Positions 27,401-39,720 of a stretch of DNA of 64,000 bases are shown piece after piece; the stretch's first letter is position 1; each line of letters starts with the position of its first letter. The position numbers and the translations under genes were made by a program. This DNA comes from Phoronis australis. Taxonomy: Eukaryota; Animalia; Phoronida. The DNA lies in contig NMRA01000008.1 in assembly GCA_002633005.1 (NCBI GenBank), positions 898,642 through 962,641 on the forward strand. Direction: 5' to 3'. The notes beneath the pieces are model-generated. The model had not been told where the DNA came from and searched no databases. It was given only the letters and a program-made list of their open reading frames with translations.

Positions 27401-27906
27401 AGGATGGTACAGACTTGAATTCCTTTCTGCAATAAACTAACTTGCCTAAGACTTCAGTTTCGCACAAAAAGTAATTGGCTGATATGAAATTTTCACAGGC
27501 TGATAACATTGCTGAAATACTTTTTTACCCAGTTAGAAACCTGCGAAGATGGCCACCACAGTGCCAACTGATCAATTTCATCTAAAACATTAAGGCGTTA
27601 AAATTTTAACAAAATATCCATTGTGTGTGAATGTTGATAGAATGAAAAATGCAACCTATAGCATGCATAAAAATAAACAAAAAACATACAAACTTCACAG
27701 CAAGCAGCTTACATTTTGCAAAGTGAAAAAACAGCAATGATTGCAGTTCCCTGTACTTGTAATTCTTGTTTTGAGCAATCTGTTGGTTTTCATTTACATG
27801 TGCGCTGATCAATCCATGCCTAACACCACCATAACGTTTTTATTTCAATCTAACTTTGCAGAAGATCTCTAAACAACAAGACAAGAAAAAGACTACGTGG
27901 CTGTGA
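12436..27906 (+). CDS. PLEKHA1: Tandem PH-domain adaptor, TAPP1/TAPP2 (PLEKHA1/2) homologue, 303 aa, 9 coding exons
   Basis: Exons 12436-12718, 13845-13942, 16187-16315, 21204-21299, 21724-21798, 24037-24104, 25923-25986, 27165-27218 and 27862-27906 are all GT-AG and phase-compatible (912 nt). PH1 GYLAIEEVENS...RPQLNHCI; PH2 [26 protein letters not shown]...[27 protein letters not shown], closely matching TAPP1 GYCVKQGAVMKNWKRRYF...RDNLFEI. Ends in -TTWL*. Confidence 0.92.
13345..13790 (+). repeat. Dispersed repeat, copy 2 (copy 1 at about 4552-4980)
   Basis: Collinear with copy 1 but lacks the MITE inserted there. Confidence 0.7.
14820..16090 (+). mobile_element. Interspersed repeat with internal degenerate ~140-155 bp tandem units (Helentron-associated/DINE-like architecture)
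   Basis: Starts in a T-run with gatgccc, has recurring ...(c)atgaaatttgg-like cores near 15065, 15350, 15510 and 15670, and ends with gggcat plus a short hairpin (ttcac-aat-gtgaa). Confidence 0.45.
18247..18319 (+). repeat. (GA)n/(GGGA)n microsatellite
   Basis: Read directly from the sequence. Confidence 0.9.
18540..19260 (-). mobile_element. Degenerate non-LTR retrotransposon ORF1 (CR1/L2-type) in a TAPP intron
   Basis: Minus-strand translation with stops: LQEQ*SRRECVIVSGIKE...ISRDHRLGKP...RNLICKFISY...KIFISESLTKRR..LFYKCRQ...KTWTTDGEIF, the usual coiled-coil plus RRM-like ORF1 signature. Confidence 0.75.
26090..26235 (+). mobile_element. MITE family copy (related copy at about 44790-44941)
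   Basis: Shared cgctaggacctcgcta(g/a)aaaagcaag(g/a)cttcg...gagatattg core; ends gttca...tgaac. Confidence 0.6.
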
Positions 27907-28042
27907 TGGCTCTCTGTTGAAGCCACACGTTCGCACAGTGTTCGCTCCTACAATGGGTGCAGATGCAGCGTTTGCACTTTGACCTTTTCATTGATAGGAA
28001 CTGGAAAAATATGCCCATTGTAGAGTAATTTTAGCGGAACTA

Positions 28043-28257
28043 CTGGGTGACCGAAAAACGAACCCACAACATTTCGTATGACATTCTATTTTATTTATGA
28101 AGACAAAACTCGAAGCAATCTGACTCGTTTTTTTAACTTTATGGTGAGATAATCCATAAGCTGATGTTTAAGTTTCAAAGTATGAAAAAAGTAATTAAAA
28201 CTGGTTTATGTAAGACAAACAAAAATTGTATGGGTTCAGGTGTTTTAGGTCACCCTG
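28043..28257. mobile_element. Tc1/mariner-type MITE in the TAPP 3' region
   Basis: TA|ctgggtgaccgaaaaac...gttttaggtcaccctg|TA: TA TSD and CAGGGTG-like termini. Confidence 0.7.
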
Positions 28258-30433
28258 TAGCTCTTCACTGATACTTGCTGAGCTAGTTTTCTCATCTATT
28301 CAGCTAGCTACTTACCCTCCACATGAAAAATAATTGGACATGACGACCTGGAGTTACCTGTTGTAATGACTGAGCACAAGTGGGCCATTCCATCAAGTGT
28401 TTGAAATAACGGAGTCGTGATCGGAAACACATTTTTCTCCAATTACTGTAGATAACTTCAGTCAATATTACGCACATATAAACTTTAAATAGGCATTTCG
28501 TCTATACTTCTGTACCTCTATACATTGGAAATTAGGAACAAGCTGGCCAACTCTCTAGCAAATTAGTCTCAAAAGTTTCCTTTACTATGAAACTTTCTTA
28601 AGAGATGGCATGTGATTGATACGTGACACCCTCACTTGCCCGTGCCCTGAAACGTTTTTACGAATCGGTGTGTCTCAGGGCATGAATAAGTCTTAGACTT
28701 ATTACTGGTATGTGAAATTGTATGAAGGTGAATGCAGAGGAATTGACTTATTAACTGTAATCAGGAATATTGTGTGTCCACCTGACATAGTATTTCCTAT
28801 TTAATTCTATTTAATTCATCAGAAATTGCTAAGTCACTTCCCACAGTCTACTTTGTGCTCTATCCATAAAAGGTCATGTTAATTGGACCCTACAGGCAGA
28901 TAATGTATGCATTCCATTGTCTTTTGGTGGATAGACTTTACAGTCGACCATTTTGGGCTTGGAGGAGGTAACTAGTCCTCATGGTGGCTTAGCATTTGGA
29001 TGATGGTTGTAAATCATGGCTGTGGTTCACCCACAATAGACATTTTGAAATTGCTGGTGCAAGGTTAGGGAAAGCAGTTGGTTGTGAACCCTGTTCTTGT
29101 TATACCTGTACAACTGTCCCAGTTGGCCTGTGTAAGAAAGCACAGCTTAACAAAAGGTTTGTGATCCTGGCTCAGAAGATAATTGTTTCATTATCCCATG
29201 TGGTTCAGTGAATAGCCAAAGGATAATGGTTTTATTATCCCCTGTAGATCGGTGAAAAGCCAAACCCGGAATGCTTTCTTCAGTTTAGCTGGCTTCAATG
29301 AGGGTCATTTTGGTCTCAATTGATTTATTAAGTGAGTAAACTAGTACCCTCATCCTATGTTCATGCATTTAAATTCCCGATGAATGTGGCAGCAGCGATT
29401 GTTGACATTGTTTCATAACTTCAAATATTTTGGTTCCTCTCATTTTCTTATTTTTCTCTTAAAAAACGGACAATCGCTACACAAATAAAAAAATTCTTGT
29501 TCATTCAACATTTCGTCTTTTCATAACACATCATCAGGATAATATATACAATAACACAGCAAGTCTTGAATACCAGTCAAGTCACATCCATGCAGTGAAA
29601 TGAGAGTAGCAAGAGATACAGGGAATAGGAATTAGGTCATCACCATAGCTGTAGGGTCACTGAGCTCTGCATGTTATTGAGAGAATCAGTAGCATGCTGG
29701 TCGTGAATGGCCAATGACTCCTGGATGTACAGTAATTCCTTTTTAGGTTCTTTACAAAAAATATTAACTTAATTAGCTGGTGGTTGTTGCTAATGCAATG
29801 CCTATAGATGTTACTTTTGTTATGTTCTTTCAGCCTGTTAGTGTTATTTGTAAAGAACCTGTAAAGCTATTGCTGTACATCAAGGAGTCATTGGCCATTA
29901 AGGACCAGCTTGCTGCTGATTCTCTCAATAACAAGAAGAGCTCAGTGACCCTGCAACTATCGAGATGACCTACTTACTATTCCCTGTATCTCTTGAGTCA
30001 TTTCATGACATGGATGTGACTTGACTGGTATTCGGCACTTGTTGTCTTATTGTATATATGAATAGACAAAACCTTGAATGAACATGGACTTTTTTATTTG
30101 TGCAACAATTGTCCGTTTTTTAATCTTACAATGGCCAGAAAATGATGTAATTATTTTCGCTCTATTGTAAAGTGCAACATATTTAAACTGGAGGTTCAAT
30201 ATTTTGTTAAACCTGAAACAGAAAATCTCTGTCCAATACTTGATGGACTTACTCTTGCTTAGTTCATTTCACGTGCATGTATGTGCTGTTTGCTTACCAC
30301 AATAGACGAAGTCATCTCCAAGTAGGATACTAGTCCTATAATTTAATTATAAATTGTGTTACTTTTTCTGCTTGCTTTTACATAATGGTAATTGTTTTCA
30401 TGATATTAACATGTGTTTGTACCTAATTGTTGA

Positions 30434-30439
30434 AATAAA
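30434..30439 (+). terminator. Candidate polyadenylation signal of the TAPP gene
   Basis: AATAAA at the end of a long AT/GT-rich tract; not validated. Confidence 0.3.
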
Positions 30440-31115
30440 GTCTTCCTTTACAAATCTTTTATGGTAAACAATGGTAATCGTAGAGATTCAGAGAAATTCT
30501 TTCTGACAGCACTGTCCTTTGAGAAATTGGGACATTAGTGCAAAAACTCTGTGATAAAGGGTCGAATAGGGTTAACACATCCACCTCGTGTTTTTTTGTC
30601 CAAATCATTGCGGCCACGCTGCATAATTAAGATACAGAACTGGGCTGCGCTGTCCCAAGACTCGGCACATATCTCATGCATTTGCTGCAAGAAATCGTCA
30701 ATTTTGAGCGAAGCAGCCAAACTTTTGCCCAAGAATTCAACATTCTAGCCTGCACCGACCAATCAATTCCAGTCAATGCCACCTCGGTCTCTTAGACTAC
30801 AGTATGATTTCGAGCATTACCGCACCAAACACTTCCATTTCACTCGCGTGATCTCGCAAGACTTGATCTACGGAGCGCTGCCCAGTCATGGATGGGGCGT
30901 CTGGGAATCCTTACCACTCCACACAAAACACTTGACTCTGAGCTTTTATCGGTCATTTGCATATCAAAAATGCGTGTGTAAAATGGGTTTGTGATTGTCA
31001 TTCAGGGCGTGGTACGGGGCCTTTGCGCCTGTGCTGGTACAGCTGTTTACGCCATTCCACACTGCGAGAAGCAGCAAATAAAGAACGGCCATGGCTGCTT
31101 TGTGGAATGTGTCGA

Positions 31116-32256
31116 CCGTAAAATACGCTCGTAATTTACACGCGTAACAGTTGCTGAACCTTATCCTTGGCAGCTGGTTGGAAAGCGTCTCCCGTAAATG
31201 GGGCGTAAAGACACTGCATGTCCTGTTTTACGGGTGTGAATTAAGCGTGTGCATTTACGAGCGTAAGATCGATTCGATGGAGGGCCCTGAAAAATGGGTA
31301 AATTTGGCAGCCTTCGAAAGATCTCAAAAAGGCTGATTGTCTTCAAAAGAAACTCATATACCATGCTTTCTGCACTGTTCGCCAAATCGTTAGGAATTGT
31401 TTTTATAGTGTGCCACTTTTGCAGAGGCTATCAAAAATAAGACTTGTAATTTTTTATGAAAAATCAAAAACTAAAACGAAGTAATAATTTAGAGAACTAA
31501 CTGCATTTTTGAAATTTTAGCGTGGACATTTATATGAAGTGAAATTTGGTAAAAAAAGCATTCTTTTGGTATTGTTTGGTTTTGAATGCACTTTTCTTTT
31601 TTGTTTGAGTTTAGATATGTTCATCAGATACCGAAGTGACTGTAGTTTGATACTAAGTCAAGATCAAAATCTATATCTACAGTTTTTACTTTTAGTCAGA
31701 AAAGATATTCTTTCAGTGAGTTAAATTCCACTGGTTTTGTAGACTTGACTGAGTGCACTGACTTTTCGATTAGGTCCTACATAACATTCAGCTGACGCTC
31801 GAAATATTAACGCTCGTCGTTTTACTCTTGTCATGATACGAGCGTGACAGAAGAGCGTATTAGTGCACGGTGTACAACTTTTCAGAGCTCTCATGACCTG
31901 CAATCTAACTTTTCATTAGACATGACGATTAGACTTGAAGAATACGGGCGTGAAATGCGGTTTTTACAATTTTCTAATAACTTCTTTTTCGTTTTATTCA
32001 AATTTTCATAAAAGTCCTATTTTTGATAGCCTCTCATGCAAAAGTGGAACATTTTAAAATCAATTACTAACAACGTTTTCGAGAAGAGAGCCTAAACCAT
32101 ATAAAACAGTTTCTTTTGAATCCAATCTTTCATTTCTGAGACACGGTGTTCCAAAGGTAGTCAAATTTGGCCATTATTATTGTCCTATATCCAATCTTAC
32201 GCTCGTAATTCAGGCTCGTAAAACACGTGTGTGCAAATTTACGAGCATAATTTAGG
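31116..32256. mobile_element. Non-autonomous DNA transposon (~1.1 kb) with long imperfect TIRs
   Basis: About 31116-31510 is an inverted copy of about 31950-32256, e.g. ttacgagcgtaagat/atcttacgctcgtaa, ttcaaaagaaact/agtttcttttgaa, gaggctatcaaaaata/tatttttgatagcctc. Confidence 0.75.
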
Positions 32257-32929
32257 ATCACCGGTACCGGCGGTAGAGGCACATGTCAGCCGTGGGTACC
32301 AGAGTATGTTGAACGGTACACTAATGTGTGAGAAGTTAATATACAGCACTCGATAGTCGAAATGTAGTTCTTCATGAAACAGGGCAGGTCATGTCCGTCG
32401 GTCGTACTGCTTGATCGAACGTGCACATTTTGAAGAAAATAATGCGACGAGGGTAAGATATTCAACAAAGCATGCTTTCTCGATAACTCACAACGCTATC
32501 TACTCATTACAACTTTGTATCACTCATGGCAACGGCACTGCGATTTTTTAATCATTTCCTGCTCTTTATAAAATGCGTGCACACGGATTTATATCTGCTG
32601 CATGACTAATTTAAATTAATATGACACCACGTACAGTTAATCATGGGCGCACCATAGGGGGCTGGCGTCTATAGCCCTCCCACTTATTTCGGCTGTGCTG
32701 TGCCCATGGTCTATGAGCGGTGCACGGCCACAGGGGGGCTGGGGCGAGGCCCCCCACTTTTTCCAGTACCCATGTTAATACAAGATTAGTATCCGTATCT
32801 TCATGAATTACAAAAGTAATAAGTAGTCTTGGTCAAAATGTGTTCGGAATCAGCAACAATATTGAGCCAGATGCAGCTGTCGATTGCAATTAAGGCGTGA
32901 TAAGTCTTCGCAGTAAAGAATAATTGCAT

Positions 32930-33970
32930 TCAGTCGGTACTGTTGTGAACGTTCGAACACACGCCATCTGTCGCCTGGGACCGGTTCACTTCTTTAACCC
33001 ACTCTATCACGTTTTCTAAAGTGTCTGCGTCAAGATATGTATCACTGAAATAATCCTCGTAGCTTTCCATGTCCTTGTTTTCAAGACGGCGCACAATGTC
33101 ATTCTTAGAAGTCTTGCTTTCATTAAATCGTTTTTCGGCCAACTGAAGTCGGTTTTTCGTCAACAAGACGGGTCTTAACCATTTGTCGTCGTTTGGTTTA
33201 AAATTGTACACATTACTTGAGGTTTGTGCGTTCCTTAGAAATGAATCATAACGGTGTGATTTTTTATTCGCAGACTTCAATAATTTCCTGAACTTATCCT
33301 TTCTCATAGAAAATTCCGTTTTATTCCCTGAAATCTGGTTACATTTCTTTCCACTGTGCACTTTGTTCTCGGTCGAGAAAGATTGTGACGTCTGCTTCGT
33401 GGATTCTTTTCTTAAATTTGGTAATCCTATTTCTGCCCTGTTGGTTTCAAGCGCTTCGCCGTGATCTGCCGGATAAGTTAAAGGTTTTAATACTGCATAA
33501 TCATTGTCTTTAGCGCAGAACGATAGTTTTGGCAACTTATGATCTAGCAACTCATCGATTGGATCAATGCAAGAGCCGTCTGAGTTGTCTGCAACACTTA
33601 GTGTCAGGGTGGCTGTTGCTATAGTTGCTTCCGTTTTCGCGCCAACTTTTTTAGCGGAGTGCGGTGGCGAACGACTCAACTGCTTATCACCTGAGCCTTG
33701 TAAAAGTTCGCTCTCTCTCAACGTAACATAGTGATCATTGTAATCCAAACCAAGCATATTCATCAATCGTGCAGTTCTGTCCCAATTCTCTGCGCGATAA
33801 ATGGCGTTGGTTCGCTCGTTTTTCACTTCATTCCACGTTCCCTTCGTGTTCTTTTGAATAGCAGGAAATGGCGCCCGATTGTCCGGTCGTCTCCAAGAGT
33901 TCGATGCCATGAACGTCGGGACACTTTTGTTCCCAAGAACCACAGTTGTGGTTTGACAGTACTTACTCAT
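32930..33970 (-). CDS. Intronless uncharacterised 346-aa protein (K/S/N/D-rich, likely largely disordered)
   Basis: The only ORF above 200 aa in the window; ATG preceded by an in-frame stop; no domain recognised. Confidence 0.65.
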   Translation of the reverse strand: MSKYCQTTTVVLGNKSVPTFMASNSWRRPDNRAPFPAIQKNTKGTWNEVKNERTNAIYRAENWDRTARLMNMLGLDYNDHYVTLRESELLQGSGDKQLSRSPPHSAKKVGAKTEATIATATLTLSVADNSDGSCIDPIDELLDHKLPKLSFCAKDNDYAVLKPLTYPADHGEALETNRAEIGLPNLRKESTKQTSQSFSTENKVHSGKKCNQISGNKTEFSMRKDKFRKLLKSANKKSHRYDSFLRNAQTSSNVYNFKPNDDKWLRPVLLTKNRLQLAEKRFNESKTSKNDIVRRLENKDMESYEDYFSDTYLDADTLENVIEWVKEVNRSQATDGVCSNVHNSTD

Positions 33971-34461
33971 GTCGAAGGTTCACACAGGTCTCCAATGCAC
34001 ATCTTGTCAATGAATTCGATTACCAACAGCCGCGTTGCTTATAACATATCGTTTCTCTGAGAGCAGTCAACATCGGACGTCGGTGGAAAGTTTACATCGC
34101 TCACTTTGCAAGTGTTCGGGCATAACATTTCCGACCTAAACACGGTTGCCAACGCTCTTATACAGACCAGTTAATTTTCAGACTTATCTCTCAAGTCTTC
34201 GTTTTGAGGTAAATCGCCTTTTGTGTCTATTGAGCGGTCAATGAATTGCGCACAAAACGTCTTGTCGGCTTATCGTGACTAATTTACAGATTGTATAATA
34301 GGAGAGCTGAATCGATTGGAGACCCATGGTCACGCTTTATTCACTCAAATTGGTTTCATTCTGCGTGCATGGGCAGACGAGTGCGAATTAAGGTTATTCT
34401 CGTCCAACTTAGTTCGCTATTGTAGTGTCATACAGAGACTGGATTTTGTTGAAAGTCGTTA

Positions 34462-34757
34462 TAGTCGGTGGGCCAGATCTCATAGCGTTCATCCTTGTGA
34501 GTACTTTGGGGGGGCAACCTAGTTTTTTCTATGTGGCTAGATAACATACCTATAAATCAAATTCCAAAAAGTTCCCACGTCTACACTTGCACATTTTAAA
34601 AAAAAGGTGTTTTTGTTTCAACTTTATATGTGGGAACTTTTTAGATTTTGAAAACACTCTAATAAATGAATTAAAAAACACCAAAATAAAATTGCCCCCC
34701 TAAAGTACTCACAAAAACCATTTTCTAGAGGCCCTACAAAATCTGGCCCACCGACTA
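34462..34757. mobile_element. Palindromic MITE with TAG termini and 3-bp TSD (Academ-like)
   Basis: TTA|tagtcggtgggccagat ... atctggcccaccgacta|TTA; inner inverted blocks gtgagtactttgggggggcaa/ttgccccctaaagtactcac and aaaaagttcccac/gtgggaacttttt. Confidence 0.75.
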
Positions 34758-35139
34758 TTATGTGGACCGTAGCCTACAGGGAATTGTTAAAAGCGGGTAT
34801 TCGGACCTTTAGAGACGTTAAATGAACCCGAATATACACCGTTGCGTATCATGATTGTCAGAAAATCGGGGGGGGGGCGCATTTTCGGAAGCTGTGTAAT
34901 TAAAACTACTCTTCATCGCCTACTGTGCTATAGTTACCAACAGTCATCCAATACTTAAATGGTAGTCATTTGAGTGAAATAGCGGTCCCAAAATATAAGT
35001 CTTGCCAAAACAAGCAAAATTTTATACGTCACAACATGCATGGTATGCATGCATGCATGGTATGCAATAATGAATCCAATGCTGTATGTTTTTGGACCAT
35101 CAAGTGAGTTTCAATGCTATTTACAGTTTATCATATCTG

Positions 35140-38100
35140 TTAAACTTGACGGTTGTGAAATCGATGCGTATACTTATAGCGGCGGCATATGACCAAACTT
35201 TCGGCCTTCATAGTTTACCGCTCTTTTACAACCGAGAACTTACAAAGGGACTTGAGTTTGTAATTATGGAAAAACTTGCTAGAACCCCATTTTACACATT
35301 TATTTGACAAGATTTGCAGCCACTATTACCAAGCGTTTCCTTAAATAACGAAACCAACTTTTTCAGACAATAAAGTAACATTAAAGAACTGATCCACATT
35401 TTAAATGCAAGGGTTCGAATATTTAAGAACCATTGACTCCACTGGTCAGATTAATACGGGTTAGGCGAAACCTGTATTGCACTTGAGTACGATGGAAATG
35501 GTTCAGTAAGGCGTAAATGCAGGGTGCACAGATGCTGGAACGGGGGAAGCCCGTGCTGTTCGTCGCTTCCTGGTAATTAATTTTCCAGTCCTGTAACCTC
35601 GGCGCGTTCTTAACTTTAAAACGTCTCCACCCGTCGCAGATTCCTTCGATAACAGCGACGCCTGCAACCAGAAGATCATCTTGGTTACTTGAGTTCCTAT
35701 TGATCAAAGGTCGCACGCTTGGTCGTAGCTCGTCGTACGCATGTGATTGCAAACGTGACTGTCATTTTGGTTTGTAAGAGCAAAACATAGTAAATAACAT
35801 TAATTCAACTCCAGTACGTAATCACCCTCAATCTAACTATACTACAGAATTAGATTACGACCTTTGACAAAAGAAGCCGTGGCTTATAAGGTTTTGGGAC
35901 GTACAAGTATTTTTGAAAACACCGTTTCACCCTTTAAGGCATTTTTCTTTCCACTGATTAAATAGCTCTTTCAACAACCGTCGCTTGAAAATAACAACGA
36001 TTGAACAAGCGGCAGTTCGCAGATTTTCCTTAAAGTGGCGTAAATCGTGTAAAACAAACTATATTGCATTTGGTTCTCTGCCAGTGAAACAAAAGTCCTG
36101 TTCACCAGGTAAATCACGGTTTATTCGTAAAGATTTGGAATTTCTGTTGATTTTGAAGCATTTTTTGTTTAGTTTCAGGTAAAAAAATATATGTCAACTG
36201 CTCTTCACTTGGCCAAATTTTTCTCCCACAAGGCAAAGCATGTCTCCTTATTTGGAATGGAAAGACATAGACGTAGCACATTTCCCTATTATGGAAAATT
36301 TGACCTTTGAGATGAGCAAAACAATGGCGTTTTCAAGCAGCAGCCAGTAAAACTTCTGTGACCACATGCGCTCAATTAAGAGCGGAGAATTTGAAAAACC
36401 GTGTTGTGATGAAAGAATTTTAATTCCGTCTGTGTTTCAAAAATAGTGAATCTGACGATTTTTCTAGAAATTCCTACAATATTGCAATATTCAAAGTGGA
36501 TAACTCTCAAGTTAGCATCCCCAAGACGTTAATTCGCAACCATCTGTTTAAAAGGTAATTTTACGGGTTTTCTCTCTAAGTGGTGCACAAACATGGGAAA
36601 GTACAAACTATTTGTTAATTTGCGTGCTTAGCGAATGTAAACAAGAAACGCTACTCAAGTGGTAATAAATAACACTTGAATCATATATAGCCATATGAAT
36701 ATTTATCACATTGTCTGAAAAAAGTCCCTCTGCAGTGATCCAATCCACCTTTTTCTAAATTGTTCATATTTCAAGTTCTTATGGAAATTTACCTTTCATA
36801 TTTTATAGCATTCAAGAATGTCATTTTTCAACCAATTGTAAACAATAGATGGGGTTTACATACACAAATAAAAAGGTTAATTACATGTCTTGCTGCCACT
36901 TTCCCCAATTTCCCCAAAATAACTTCAACTTAAAGCTTAACTAAGAACACGCCCTGTTTTTACCGTTTCCCAATTGTTCACGTACCTCCAAAAATCTGTA
37001 CAACCTCACACTCCCAAAGAATATTACAATGATTGTTCGAATATTTTCCACGCAATGTACGCAATGTATATGATGTCGGTGAGTTAACTATGCCTACTTA
37101 GGTAACAGTTAATTTTGTACCAAGGATTCTGTGGCTAAGTCCACTTAGTGAGATTGGTGTCATCAGTGAACGAAGAGTTTGAAGTGCTATGAAAGTGAAA
37201 AACGGACTAAATTGCATTATTCAAAATAGTTCTCGGCCCCTGAAACAGAAGCCTTGCTGTTCACCAAGTATTTTTACGGTATGTTCGTAAAACTTGTAAG
37301 TTTCTGTTTATGTCAAAACATCTCTGAACTGCTCGTCACGTCGTCGATTTTTCTCGCCCAAGGTCAAGCACGTCTCCTTATTTCGTACGTCAAGACATAT
37401 ACCTAGCACATTTCCCTTAATGGAAAATGTGACCTTCGACCTTCAATTATAAACGAAACAAGGATGATTTCAAGAAGTGGCCTTTTCGGAGAATTTTAAA
37501 GCTGTATTGGGATGAAAGAGGCCATATTTTGACTGTGTTTCAATATATTAAATCTAGCGTATTTTTTTCTAGAAAGAATTCTCAGGTTAGCATCCCCAAG
37601 AAGCAGATTCGCCACGATCTGCCTAAGATGTTTTTTTACGAGTTTTCGAGTCCCATACACCTCTTATATCTGTGAATAGTTCTCCACCATTCTCTTGAAA
37701 GTACCACAATCTTCTCACTTACTTTGAAATCTTGTTTTTTGTATAACCAAGAAACAAACTTAATGTAAATATTTTTTTCGCTTTTGCGTGAAAAAGTAAA
37801 GTAGTTATAAACTCTGAGCGGCGAGGGAGAAAAATTTTGGACGGATTCACGTCTCTAAGTAATTTACTAACAGACTTTACGCCCATGAAAACTGAATGGT
37901 GGAGAGAATCTATAATCATTGCAAAATCACTCGCAAGACATCAAATTTCCATTAACAATTCATAAATATATGCAATGCAATTGGAATACCAAGTTACAAA
38001 AAATACGTACTTTTTCTCAATTGAAATTTTAGGATTAAAACTACTGAATTGGGTCATAGGGACTCATTGCCTTGTTTACAGTGAAAGTACTCGTGAACAT

Positions 38101-39720
38101 TTTGAAAGTTTTTTTTTCAAAAATGATTATGGATAGAGCAAGCTACAAAAACAAAACACGTTCCGTGAAAGTAACCAGTTCGTTGATTTTTATGACGAGG
38201 AGCGTGTACATAACTTCTCGCCCGCATTTTTTGCTGTCAATGGCTGCATTTGGTTGACGTAACACCAAAATTCGTTTTTCGTCAGTAAAGACGATAACGA
38301 CCATTTAAATGAAAGCATTTATGATAAATGACTAATAGATGAATCGCTAAGATTTTTAAAGCTACACGATATTACGTCAACTAGCTAAGAAACAACCAAG
38401 CTAACTGTGCGTCATCTTAGAAACAAAAAAAAACGAATCGGACAGTATGGCTGTGACAACTTTTTGAATGTGTATGCAATTGTGTGGATTAAGCACCTGT
38501 GCGAGACTGTCTTTGAGTTGGTACAGTTCGATGCCACTCACCCGCTTTCACGACCACGCTCGTACATACGCCTAATTCCACATATAAGGGGTGCTTCACG
38601 CAGTACAGACACCACTGAGTGGGCCTAAATACCGGGATGTATCATGGGCGGCGCACCATAGGGGGCTGAGGGGCTATAGCCCCCACTTTAGTACCGCGCC
38701 GCCTATGGTACGACATACAGTATTGAAGCCAATCCAAAGAACCTGACATTCAAACCAACGTGCATGCTTATATTAAATGACCAAATATGTTTATATGGCT
38801 GTTGAACGGCCGTGAACTATAGAGACACTTGGTCACTTGACCACGGACGTGCTGGTATTGTTACATTTATGGGAAAACGTGCTAGAACCCCAGTTTTTAC
38901 TAATTTATTTAACGGGTTCTATTCAACCCTGATATCTACAGCAACTGTAACCAAACGTTTCCACGAACAACGAAACCAACTCTTTCCAGGAGATTCAATA
39001 ATCTTAAACAATAAACCACGGTTTTAAATGCAAGAGTGCGAATTTGAGGGCTGGGCGTAGCCTGTATCCCAGCTGGGTACGCAGGGTAAATTGCGGTTGG
39101 GATAATCATAACAGGCGGGTACGCCGTCCGTGGGGAATCCGTCTCTCTTCGTCTCTCTCTGGTAATTAATTGTCCATGGCTGTAACCACGGCGTGATGTT
39201 AACTCTGAAATGCCTCCATGGGTCACAGATTCACTTGACGACTCCTGCAACCAGAAGAGCATTTCAGTTACTGGAGTCGCTATTGACCAAATGTTGCTAC
39301 TCGTGTTCGTAGCTCATCGTACGCATTTCATTGATTGCGAAGGTGAAAAACAAAACATCAAACGTCATTAATTCGACTCCAGTCCCTAATCACACTTCAA
39401 ATACTGTCTTAATAAACCATGGACACACTGAAATTGTCACTGTGAGGTAGTGAAAATATACAAATACGACAGGCGTCGACCTTCGATAACAAGGGCTCTG
39501 TCCTTTAAGGTAATAGACATGAGCCCATCCCCCTTTAAGGTAATAGACATGAGCTCATCCCTCTTTAAGGTAATGAGACATGAGCCCATCCCTCTTTAAG
39601 GTAATGAGACATGAGCCCATCCCTCTTTAAGGAATTTTTGTCTTCCCAGATAATGATTATAACTAGCTTCTCCAGAACTCGTCGTTTGAAAATTTTGAGC
39701 ACCTACCCCAAGATTCAATC
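35140..39720 (-). pseudogene. Decayed tandemly duplicated locus with coding-like conservation
   Basis: About 35140-35830 matches about 38800-39400, and about 36040-36570 matches about 37195-37640. The copies share minus-strand peptides AYDELR...LLVAGV...ICDxWRxF...LQxWxINYQ...GFP and GNVLxxCL...NKETC..LxEKN, with stops and frameshifts. Confidence 0.5.
39504..39631 (+). repeat. 30-31 bp minisatellite, 4 copies
   Basis: tttaaggtaat(g)agacatgagc(c/t)catccc(c/t)c head-to-tail, without spacers. Confidence 0.9.

Noticed and set aside
39504-39631. 30-bp repeats resembling a CRISPR array
   Set aside because: Units are contiguous with no unique spacers, there are no cas genes, and the context is eukaryotic; it is a minisatellite.
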